Origin: Myxococcota bacterium
GTDB taxonomy: Bacteria > Myxococcota_A > Polyangia > Nannocystales > Nannocystaceae
DNA length: 64,000 nucleotides
Direction: 5' to 3'
NCBI GenBank assembly: GCA_039194325.1
Contig: JBCCWC010000004.1
Location: 128,001-192,000, forward strand
The notes under the pieces were generated by a model. The model worked only from the letters and a program-made list of their open reading frames with translations. It was not told the origin of the DNA and ran no database searches. Shown here one piece after another: positions 43,476 to 51,759 of the stretch; position 1 is the first letter of the stretch; each line of letters begins with the position of its first letter. Both the position numbers and the translations under genes were made by a program.

Positions 43476-43903
43476 GGGGTCGGCTCCTGACGCGCAAGGC
43501 GAATGGTCTGCACCAGGTCGGGAGACATGGGGATCATCTGCAGACGGTTGCGGGCGACCTCGTCGATCGTGGCCGGATGCCGCAGGTAGGCACGCTCGGC
43601 GGCCAAGCGCCGGCGCTCGTCGAGCAAGCGGGCCTGCTCGGCGGTCAGATCGGTGATCTCGGCCCCGATCTCCAGCACCCGCGTGGTGGCGTGCACCCGA
43701 GCAATTCCGATCGCGGTCAACGCACCGACGATCAGGGTGAGCAAGAAGGAGGTTCCCGCCGGCGCGCTGCGATGGCGACGAACGAGCGAGGCCACCCGGG
43801 CCGAGGGCGGCAGATCGCTGCTTCGCTGCCAGCCGTGGGGACGTATCTCCACTTTCTGTCGACGACGACGCACGGGTGCACGGGGCGATTCGGAGGAACT
43901 CAT
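43472..43903 (-). CDS. ftsL: Cell division protein FtsL
   Basis: Single TM + coiled coil ending L…P..I…AR..L.M; lies between rsmH and ftsI with 4-bp overlaps. Confidence 0.8.
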   Translation of the reverse strand: MSSSESPRAPVRRRRQKVEIRPHGWQRSSDLPPSARVASLVRRHRSAPAGTSFLLTLIVGALTAIGIARVHATTRVLEIGAEITDLTAEQARLLDERRRLAAERAYLRHPATIDEVARNRLQMIPMSPDLVQTIRLARQEPTP

Positions 43904-44922
43904 GGGGCGCAGCGCTCCAAGACGCGAAGGCGGGCGCTCCGGGCCCGCGGGTTGTGCTCGGTCTCCTCGACGCCGGCCGTCACCCCACCCGCGTAGCCCG
44001 GAGCCACGATAAAGCGCGGGCGCGGCAGGTCACGCTCACGCAAGGGCAAGTGCGCAGGGGGCTGCACAGGACGACTGAGCGCCCGCCACCGCCGCTTGAC
44101 CCGACGATCCTCGAGAGAGTGAAACGTGATCACGGCCAGCCGCCCCCCCACCATCAACAGCGAGGGCGCGTCGGCCAAGAAGCGGTCGAGCTGCCCGAGC
44201 TCGTCGTTGACCTCGATCCGCAAGGCCATGAAGGTGCGCGTGGCGGGATGGATCCTCCCGGTCCGCTTGCGACGCGCTCGGCCGTCGAGGGCAGTGGTCA
44301 CCACCTGGGCCAACCCCCGGGTCGTGGTCGGTCGAGCCTCCACCACCGCGGCGGCGATCCGGCGAGCCTCGGGCTCCTCACCGTATTCGCGCAAGATCCG
44401 CGTCAGCCGCGGGACGTCGATCCGCGCGAGCAACTCGGCCGCGCTAGGGCCGGCGGTCGGATCCATGCGCATGTCCAGGGGCCCATCCCCACGAAACGAA
44501 AAGCCACGCTCGGGCTGGTCGAGCTGGATCGACGAGACCCCGAGGTCGGCCACGATCGCGGCCACCTCTCGTATGCCCAACGCCGCCAGCGACGCCGCGA
44601 TCGTGGCGAAGCCGGCGTGGACGAAGCTCACCGGGCACGGCGCTCCAGCCAGGCGCTCGCGAGCCCGGGCGAGCGCCTCGGGATCACGATCGAAGAGTAT
44701 GGCCCGATCCGGACGAGTCACCCGCAGCACAGCGGCCGTATGTCCACCGAGGCCGGCGGTCGCGTCCACCAATACCCGCGGCCGCACCGCTCCCCCTGCG
44801 CCGGTGATCGCCGTGGGAACTTCGACGGACGCTGCGCCAGGGGTAGGGGGGAGCGCCGGAACCAACGCGGCGCAAACCTCCTGCGCCAGCACGGAAATGT
44901 GAGCTGCGCCGGACTCGCTCAT
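43900..44922 (-). CDS. rsmH: 16S rRNA m4C1402 methyltransferase RsmH (MraW)
   Basis: HISVL, DATAGLGGH, DLGVSSIQLD..ERGFSF, GPLDMRMD, FHSLEDR, NPRARSARLR. Confidence 0.95.
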   Translation of the reverse strand: MSESGAAHISVLAQEVCAALVPALPPTPGAASVEVPTAITGAGGAVRPRVLVDATAGLGGHTAAVLRVTRPDRAILFDRDPEALARARERLAGAPCPVSFVHAGFATIAASLAALGIREVAAIVADLGVSSIQLDQPERGFSFRGDGPLDMRMDPTAGPSAAELLARIDVPRLTRILREYGEEPEARRIAAAVVEARPTTTRGLAQVVTTALDGRARRKRTGRIHPATRTFMALRIEVNDELGQLDRFLADAPSLLMVGGRLAVITFHSLEDRRVKRRWRALSRPVQPPAHLPLRERDLPRPRFIVAPGYAGGVTAGVEETEHNPRARSARLRVLERCAP

Positions 44923-45029
44923 GGAAAAGCCCCGTGGACGTGCCCATTTTTCGGCGCGCGGGTCAAATTTTCGGGGTCGGGGGCTCGTCAAATTTTCGCT
45001 TGGATCCCGTAGGTTTAGGCGATCGAGTG

Positions 45030-45058
45030 TTGACCGGGCGCGGGCGAATCAGTAGCGT
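45030..45058 (+). promoter_or_regulatory. Putative sigma70-type promoter TTGACC-N17-TAGCGT for fic-ribA
   Basis: Near-consensus -35/-10 boxes with 17-bp spacing, about 110 bp upstream of the Fic ATG. Confidence 0.5.
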
Positions 45059-45170
45059 GCGCTTCCTGAATCGACCGGCGCGTCGGCAGCCAGCAGTCGT
45101 CCTCACCCCCGACACTCCCGCCCTCGCCGTCGAATCGCCAACCCCCGAAGAGCCGGAGCGCCCGATCGAG

Positions 45171-45941
45171 ATGATTCCGCCCCGTAGCAGGAACTATCGC
45201 CAGCTCCATGAGGCGTCGGAGTTGCTCTGGGAGAAGCTCGGCATGCTCTCCCCGAAGCAGCGCGACAGCTTCGACGAGCGGTTCCTCATGTCGTGGATCT
45301 ACCACGACTTCGCGCTGGAGGGCACCGTCCTCCACATCACCGAGATCAAGGCCGCGACCGATGACGAGATCATCAGCGCGCCGAGCCTCATCCCCGCGTA
45401 CAACCACATCATGGCGGTCCGCGACGGGATCCGCCACGTGCTGGACTCGCGAGGCAAACGGCTCACCCTCAACCTCGACTGGCTCAAGAAGCTGCACCAG
45501 CTGCTGCTGCCCGCCGACAAGAAAGACCAGATCCAGTACCGCAAGGACAACCCGATCCACCGCATGTACTTCCACGACCTGGCACCGGCGGACAAGATCA
45601 GCTACCGCATGCGCAAGCTGACCGACTGGTTCCGGACCGACGAGTGCAAGCGGGCCCACCCGATCGAGCTGGCCGTCGAGGTCCATCGCGAGGTGATCCG
45701 GATCTTCCCGTGGCCGGAGATCAGCGGGCGCGTAGCCCGCTTGGCCATGAATCACATCCTCTGCAACGAGGGATACTGGCCCGCGACCATTCATGCCATC
45801 GATCGGCAGCGCTACTACGACGTATTGCGCCTGGACCAAGATCAGCTACTTAACCTCGTTGTGGAGAGCGTTAGCCAAGGCGTCCAGTCCTCGAACAAGC
45901 TCTACCAGGACATTGTCGACGCCACCCGAGCCTCTCGCTAA
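45171..45941 (+). CDS. Fic-family protein with a non-canonical catalytic loop
   Basis: WIYHDFALEG N-terminal helix, LHQLL, HPIELA…H, loop RIFPWPEISGRVARLAMN, RQRYYD.L. Confidence 0.8.
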   Translation: MIPPRSRNYRQLHEASELLWEKLGMLSPKQRDSFDERFLMSWIYHDFALEGTVLHITEIKAATDDEIISAPSLIPAYNHIMAVRDGIRHVLDSRGKRLTLNLDWLKKLHQLLLPADKKDQIQYRKDNPIHRMYFHDLAPADKISYRMRKLTDWFRTDECKRAHPIELAVEVHREVIRIFPWPEISGRVARLAMNHILCNEGYWPATIHAIDRQRYYDVLRLDQDQLLNLVVESVSQGVQSSNKLYQDIVDATRASR

Positions 45942-45947
45942 TCGACC

Positions 45948-46598
45948 ATGCGCATCCCGCCTTTCAACGCCGCCTTGAAGCTCGTGGACCAACGGCGACC
46001 CACGGTCTCGGTGATCGCTCGGGCCAAGCTCCCCACCAAGCACGGTGACTTCGAGATCGTTGCATTCGAAACCGAAGACGGCCGCCGCCTCGACGATGTC
46101 GCCATCGTCCAGGGAACGATCGAGGGCGTCAACGAAGTCCCGGTGCGCATGCACTCCGAGTGCCTCACCGGCGACGTGCTGGGCTCCAACCGCTGCGACT
46201 GTGGCGAGCAACTTCAAGAGGCGCTCCACCGGTTTGCAAACAGCGAGTGCGGCGTGCTGCTCTACCTGCGACAAGAAGGCCGCGGGATCGGTATCGCCAA
46301 CAAGGTGCGGGCCTACGCGCTCCAAGACGAGGGCCTCGACACGGTCGACGCCAACCGGCACCTGGGCTTCGACGACGACCTACGCCGCTACGACATGGCC
46401 GCCGCTATGCTCGAAGCGCTGGGCATGGCGTCGATCGAGCTCCACACCAACAACCCCAAGAAGGTCGAAGGCCTGCGCGAAGCCGGCATCGAGGTGGCTC
46501 GCCGCGTCGCCCTGCAGATTGCCCCGCGCGAGGAAAACCGCCGATACCTCGACACGAAGCGCCGGCGGTCGGGCCACCTGCTCGACCTCGACGACTAG
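45948..46598 (+). CDS. ribA: GTP cyclohydrolase II
   Basis: LPTKHG.F, VRMHSECLTGD.LGS.RCDCG.QL, YLRQEGRGIG, TNNPKK, GHLL. Confidence 0.95.
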   Translation: MRIPPFNAALKLVDQRRPTVSVIARAKLPTKHGDFEIVAFETEDGRRLDDVAIVQGTIEGVNEVPVRMHSECLTGDVLGSNRCDCGEQLQEALHRFANSECGVLLYLRQEGRGIGIANKVRAYALQDEGLDTVDANRHLGFDDDLRRYDMAAAMLEALGMASIELHTNNPKKVEGLREAGIEVARRVALQIAPREENRRYLDTKRRRSGHLLDLDD

Positions 46599-46749
46599 CG
46601 GGGTCTGCCGCCGCGGGGCTCCTCGCTAGCGACGTCTGCCGCCGCGGGGCTCTTCGCGAGCAGCGTCTGCCGTCGCGGGGCTCTTCGCGAGCAGCGTCTG
46701 CCGCCGCGGCACTCTTCGCTAGCGGCGCCCGCCGCCGCGGCGCTCTTCG
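46595..46749. repeat. Five tandem ~31-bp units (CTAGCRRCGTCTGCCGCCGCGGGGCTCTTCG-like) filling the ribA / RRM convergent gap
   Basis: Units start at 46595, 46626, 46657, 46688 and 46719; no spacers. Confidence 0.9.
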
Positions 46750-47207
46750 GCTTGGCGTACGACCAAGGTGCGCCCCTCGAGCTGGGTACCGTTGAGCTTG
46801 CGGATCGCCTCGGCTGCGTCCTTGCGGTCGGACATGGTCACGAAGCCGAACCCACGCGAGTCACCCGTGTCCCGGTCGAGCACCACGATGGCATCGGAGA
46901 CCTTCCCGAGCTTTTCGAATTCGGCACGAAGCTGAGTATCGGTGACGCGCCAGTCCAGACCCCCCACGAACAGACGACTGGGGATCGCACGGGTCTCCTT
47001 CTCTTCGTCGCTCCCGCCGCCCTGCATGTTGCGCATCACCTCTTCGATCGACATGAGGTTGCCGCCCTGAAGCTCGTCGACCGTGGCGGTGGGCACGTCG
47101 CCAGCCCCGGACCGATTTTCGGCGCGCCGCTGAGCCTTTTCCTTCTTCTTGCGCTCGCGCTCTCGCTCGCGCTGCCGCTTACCTGCCGAGTAGTTGTTTC
47201 TTGCCAT
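46719..47207 (-). CDS. RRM RNA-binding protein with a basic N-terminal extension
   Basis: RNP2 RLFVGGL and RNP1 RGFGFV; N-terminal KRQRERERERKKKEK. Confidence 0.9.
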   Translation of the reverse strand: MARNNYSAGKRQRERERERKKKEKAQRRAENRSGAGDVPTATVDELQGGNLMSIEEVMRNMQGGGSDEEKETRAIPSRLFVGGLDWRVTDTQLRAEFEKLGKVSDAIVVLDRDTGDSRGFGFVTMSDRKDAAEAIRKLNGTQLEGRTLVVRQAEERRGGGRR

Positions 47208-47433
47208 GCAGTTCCTTGGTCTCGTGGTCTGGGGATCACCGGGCCAGACCACCCGGGAGCATCAGCTGAGCTCGCGAATTCGCGGGAGGGAACGCGGCAG
47301 CGACCGCCACCGCGACGTCGACGTCCAAAACCAAGCCCGGCCCGAACACGACGTGCTCGGGGACGTAAAACCCGGGGGCGAATGAGCGCCCACCGGGCGG
47401 GCTTCGTGCGTACAAATGAGCAATTCGGGCCGA

Positions 47434-47868
47434 TTACCAGTTGTTGCGACGACCACCGCCGCCACCACCACGACGACCACCGCGACCGCCTCGATCGTCG
47501 AAGCCGCCGCCGAAGCCACCGCCGCCGCGACGGCCACCGCCACCACCACCGAAGCCGCCGCCACCGCCACCGAAGCCGCCACCTCGACCACCGCCGCCGC
47601 CGCCGCCACCGCCACGCGGGCGACGCTCCTCGGCCTCGTTGACTCGGAGCGGACGCCCGTCGAGCTCGAAGCCGTTCATCGCCTCGATGGCGGACCGAGC
47701 CGCGTCGTCCGTACCCATGGTCAGGAAGCCAAAGCCCCGGGATCGACCGGTCTCCCGATCCGTAATGATCTTGGCGTCGACCACCTCACCGTGCTCCGAG
47801 AAGGCACTTCGAAGGTCTTCCTCCGAGGTCTGGAAGGAGAGGTTGCCAACGAACAATCTTTGATTCAT
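47434..47868 (-). CDS. RRM RNA-binding protein with a Gly/Arg-rich (RGG) tail
   Basis: RLFVGNL, DRETGRSRGFGF, LDGRPLRVNEA, poly-Gly tail. Confidence 0.95.
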   Translation of the reverse strand: MNQRLFVGNLSFQTSEEDLRSAFSEHGEVVDAKIITDRETGRSRGFGFLTMGTDDAARSAIEAMNGFELDGRPLRVNEAEERRPRGGGGGGGGGRGGGFGGGGGGFGGGGGGRRGGGGFGGGFDDRGGRGGRRGGGGGGRRNNW

Positions 47869-48063
47869 CTGTCTCGTCTCGCGATCGGCCCCACCACGCC
47901 CGTGAGCGTGACTCTGTCTCGTTGCCCGAAGCGAGGGGGCCGTGAGCCTCGCCGCAGTGCCTTGCAGCAGCGTTGCTGCCTCGTGAGCGTCGCTGGGTCT
48001 TCGGGGGCTCGGTCTTTGGGTCCAGGGCCTGCTGTCTGCGCCAGGAACGGTCGCGAGACTGGC

Positions 48064-48092
48064 TAGCTAGCGGAAGCAACGACCCCTGTCAA
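48064..48092 (-). promoter_or_regulatory. Possible promoter TTGACA-N17-TAGCTA for the RRM genes (implies a ~190-nt leader)
   Basis: Perfect -35 box, weak -10 box. Confidence 0.35.
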
Positions 48093-48279
48093 ACGCGGCC
48101 CGCGCTCTGGCAGGGGCGCGGGACGCGGTTTGGGCGAGTTGAACCCCCGTCGCGCGAATTCCCCGCAGCGCCGAAAATTCGTTGCGCCGCCAAATGAGGC
48201 CCGGCCATCCCGATCATCGAGCAAGCTCGGCAGGGACCGACCGTCCGGCTCGAACCCGACGGCGCGGTCACCGAGAGGG

Positions 48280-48333
48280 CTCACGCTCACGCTCACGCTC
48301 ACGCTCACGCCCACGCTCACGCCCACGCTCACG
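48280..48333. repeat. Hexamer microsatellite (CTCACG/CCCACG) x9 = repeated GCG-TGA on the minus strand
   Basis: Read directly; the unit at 48328-48333 contains the purE stop codon. Confidence 0.92.
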
Positions 48334-48856
48334 CTGGATCGGCATGATCGGATCTCACACGAGCATCGATCGCAGCCACCCGCTCCACCTGACGGCGCTG
48401 GTAGTCGAGCACCGCCCGCCGCCACCGTGGATCGGATCCCCCCAAGATCCGCAGCGCGAGGTGGCCGGCATTGGCCGCCTGCCCCACGGCGACGGTGGCG
48501 ACCGGCGTGCCCTTGGGCATCTGCACGATCGACAACAGCGAGTCGAGGCCATCGAGCACGCGCAGGGGCACGGGCACGCCCACCACCGGCAAGGGCGTGA
48601 GCGAGGCGAGCATCCCGGGCAGATGCGCGGCTCCGCCCGCCCCCGCGATGATGACCTCGAGGCCACGCTCGTGGGCGACCCGCCCGTACTCGAACATGGC
48701 CTCCGGGGTGCGGTGGGCGGACAGGATCCGGACCTCGCACGGTACCCCGTGCTCGCGCAGCACCTCGATCGCAGCCTCCATGACCGGCAGATCGGAGTCG
48801 CTGCCCATGCAGATCCCCACCAGGGGCGCCACCTTCGGGGCATCCTCGCTCGTCAT
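48329..48856 (-). CDS. purE: N5-CAIR mutase
   Basis: [42 protein letters not shown]. Confidence 0.96.
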   Translation of the reverse strand: MTSEDAPKVAPLVGICMGSDSDLPVMEAAIEVLREHGVPCEVRILSAHRTPEAMFEYGRVAHERGLEVIIAGAGGAAHLPGMLASLTPLPVVGVPVPLRVLDGLDSLLSIVQMPKGTPVATVAVGQAANAGHLALRILGGSDPRWRRAVLDYQRRQVERVAAIDARVRSDHADPA

Positions 48857-48869
48857 GACCGCAGGACTC

Positions 48870-50051
48870 TCAAAGTTCGAGCTGGTCGGCAACCCGGTGG
48901 GCTCGCGCCCGAGCATCGTCCAGCGTCTCGCCCAGCGCGGTCACGTGGCCCATCTTACGCCCCGGCCGAACCCGGCGCTTGCCGTAGACGTGCACGGCGA
49001 CGTCCCGGCCGGCCAAGGCCGCAGGCAGCGCAGCAGCCGAGGCCGCGCCGTAGCGAAGACCGAGGACGTTGACCATCACCGCGGCGGGCCGCACCAGCGA
49101 CGCGTCGCCGAGCGGCCAGTCGAGCACGGCCCGCAGGTGGTTCTCGAACTGCGAGGTCACGCAGGCTTCGATCGTGTAGTGCCCGGTGTTGTGCGGCCGC
49201 GGAGCGATCTCGTTGAGCAACAAGCGACCGTCGGGGCACTCGAACATCTCGACCCCCACCACCCCCACACAGCCGTAGACCTCGGCCGCCCGCCGAGCGA
49301 GCTCGGTGGCCGCCTGGGCGACCGCCGGGGTCACGGCCGCGGGGACCTCGACGGCGGCACAGCGATGCTCGCGCTGGATCGTGGTGACCACCGGGTAGGC
49401 GACATCTTCGCCGCCAGGGCGGCGAGCCACCATCACGGCGAGCTCGCGCACGAAATCCACGTAGGCCTCGACGAGCACCCGCCCGGTGCTCCCCCGCAGT
49501 CGCTCGTAGGCGACCCGCAGCTCGTCTTCGTCACGGGCAGTGGCGTTGCCGTAGCCATCGTAGGAGTGGCGAGGACGCTTGAGGACCACGGGGTACCCCA
49601 GGGCTTGCACCGCCTCGAGCAGCTCGTGCTCGTTCGTACACGCGCGGTAGGCCCCCACGGGCAGGTCGTGATCGACCGCATGCTGTTTTTGGACGATCTT
49701 GTCGCGTACCCGCTCCATCGTGGGCGGCGCGGGCCACAGGGGGACGTCCGCCGGCAGCAGCTCGACCAGCGTATCGAGCGGGACCCACTCGTTCTCCAGG
49801 GTGATCACGGTGCAGCCAGCCACGAAGCGCCGCAGGGCGTCGACGTCGTCCATGGCCCCGGTCATCGCCTCGGCCACGCCGTCGGTGGGCCCGCTGCCGC
49901 TCTGTGGTTGCCGGTAGAAGCGCACGTGCAGCCCCAGGCGCAGCGCGGCCAGGCCCAGCATGCGCCCCAGCTGCCCGCCGCCCAGCACCCCGACTACGGG
50001 AAAACCCGGCCTCGGGGTCGGGACTTTCCGGTGGGATGCCGACTCGCTCAT
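48870..50051 (-). CDS. purK: N5-CAIR synthetase
   Basis: [50 protein letters not shown]. Confidence 0.95.
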   Translation of the reverse strand: MSESASHRKVPTPRPGFPVVGVLGGGQLGRMLGLAALRLGLHVRFYRQPQSGSGPTDGVAEAMTGAMDDVDALRRFVAGCTVITLENEWVPLDTLVELLPADVPLWPAPPTMERVRDKIVQKQHAVDHDLPVGAYRACTNEHELLEAVQALGYPVVLKRPRHSYDGYGNATARDEDELRVAYERLRGSTGRVLVEAYVDFVRELAVMVARRPGGEDVAYPVVTTIQREHRCAAVEVPAAVTPAVAQAATELARRAAEVYGCVGVVGVEMFECPDGRLLLNEIAPRPHNTGHYTIEACVTSQFENHLRAVLDWPLGDASLVRPAAVMVNVLGLRYGAASAAALPAALAGRDVAVHVYGKRRVRPGRKMGHVTALGETLDDARARAHRVADQLEL

Positions 50052-50160
50052 GACTCGTCGACTTAGAGCGTCGACGGTACGATCGTCAAGCTCCGCCTTC
50101 GCCGCGAGGCACTCGCCCGAGGGCGCGACGCAGTCGCGCTTTGTCCCGCCAGCCTTGGGC

Positions 50161-51759
50161 CTAATAGTAGCCCTCTGCGTCGCGGGCCACCCAGCGCTGG
50201 CGAGCGCTGCGGGGAGGCAGCGCCCGACCGTCGAGCACGGCGAGCCAGGCGGGGTAGACCCAGGCGGGATCTCGAGCCACCGCCTGCACACAGGCCCGCA
50301 CGGTGGGGCTGTTACGCGGAAGCAACAGCTGGGGGGGAGTTTCGGCGGTACGCTGCGGCGCCCCCCGGCCCTCACAAAGGTGCACCTCGGACACCACCCG
50401 ATAGCCCCCCAAGGCGTGGGTGCGCAGCATGTGCAAGAAGTGACGCTCTTCGGTCCCGAGCCGGTCCTCGGGCAGGGGCGCCCGACGCAAGGGGTGGCGC
50501 AGTAGATCGATCGCTCGGGCCCCGCGGCGCAGCATGCCGTAGACCACCCGCCGCCAGGCCGCGAGCAGGCCGTGGGATCCGTCTCGTAGCTCGGGGGGCC
50601 GAAAACGCAGGTTGTAGATCTCCGAGAGCAGCGAGCGCTCGGTCGGGTCGGCGATCAGCACCAGGCCATCGCCCAAGGCGTACCGATCGGGACGCTGCCC
50701 GGGGTAGAGCGCCAGCAGCACCCGCTCGGGCGTTCCTTGCAGCACGCTCTTGCGCAGGGTCATCATGTCGACGTTGCGCTCGCCGGTGCCGTCGACCACC
50801 CGAAACACGGGGACCTTGGACATGGTGGGCATCAGCGAGCGACGGCGCATGGCCTGGAGCACCAGCCGAGCGAGGCGCTGACGGGAGGGCTCGGGGTAGG
50901 CGCTCACGTCGCGCGCCACGTGAAGCAGCGAGCCGACGGCCTGCTCGACCAGCGCTTCGACGTGGGGCTGCACGGCCTCGCGGAGGCGGGCCGCGCTCAG
51001 CTCGGTGTTGACCGGATCGCCCAGCTCGACGGCGGCCTCGAAGCAAGGGGCGTCGGGGACCGCCACGTGGCCGGTGACCAGCCCGTGCTCGAGCAGCCAG
51101 GCATGCGCGGTCTCCCCCTCGAAGGGGATCGCGACCCGTCCGCGCAGCGGCTCGCGCAGCGGCTGGGGCCCAAAGGTGTTCACGAAGCCCACGTTGACCG
51201 CCTTGCCGTCGACCACCACGGGCGCGGGGGCAAAGCGCGCGGCCCCGCTGAGCCACTCGACCACCTTGCGGCGCTCGAGCTCGGAGTGCTGCACCACCAC
51301 CACGGTCGAGTCGCTCTCGGGGGTGGCGTCGATGGTGATCCACGGGGTGCGCCCGCTCTGGTAGGCCAGGCACACCACCCGTCCACCGCGGGCGGAGCGG
51401 ATCTGGAGGGTGCGAGGCTGGAAGCCGGCCAGCATCAGCAACGCGAGCTCGCCGGTGGCCTCGAGCGCGGTCAGGGCCGCGTGTCGCTCTTCGTTGGTCC
51501 GGCGCTCGTCCAGCAATACGCCCGTCCACTCGAGGTGGGTCTCGGGCACGCCACGTCCGTTGTCGCGAACCTCGGCCCGGTGCCGCCCCAGATCCACCTC
51601 GACCCGGGTCGCCCCGTCGCGCAGGGCTCGACGAACCAGCTCGGAGGGCAGCTGCCACGGCCCCTCCAGCTGAGCCAACGACAGCTTGCGCAGCTCGGAG
51701 GCCACGTCGATGGTCAGCAAGCCGCTGACGTCGATGAGCGAGGAGATCTCCGAGTTCAC
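50161..51759 (-). CDS. HSP90/GHKL-like protein with degenerate ATP-binding motifs
   Basis: SG.LTID…LRKL..AQL.GPW…ELVRRA (N box lacking Asn), DNGRG (G1), no GxFGxG lid; GTG overlaps the upstream TGA. Confidence 0.65.
   Translation of the reverse strand: MNSEISSLIDVSGLLTIDVASELRKLSLAQLEGPWQLPSELVRRALRDGATRVEVDLGRHRAEVRDNGRGVPETHLEWTGVLLDERRTNEERHAALTALEATGELALLMLAGFQPRTLQIRSARGGRVVCLAYQSGRTPWITIDATPESDSTVVVVQHSELERRKVVEWLSGAARFAPAPVVVDGKAVNVGFVNTFGPQPLREPLRGRVAIPFEGETAHAWLLEHGLVTGHVAVPDAPCFEAAVELGDPVNTELSAARLREAVQPHVEALVEQAVGSLLHVARDVSAYPEPSRQRLARLVLQAMRRRSLMPTMSKVPVFRVVDGTGERNVDMMTLRKSVLQGTPERVLLALYPGQRPDRYALGDGLVLIADPTERSLLSEIYNLRFRPPELRDGSHGLLAAWRRVVYGMLRRGARAIDLLRHPLRRAPLPEDRLGTEERHFLHMLRTHALGGYRVVSEVHLCEGRGAPQRTAETPPQLLLPRNSPTVRACVQAVARDPAWVYPAWLAVLDGRALPPRSARQRWVARDAEGYY

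Noticed and set aside
46595..46749. CRISPR array (31-bp repeats)
   Set aside because: Units are directly adjacent with no unique spacers, and there are no cas genes in the window.
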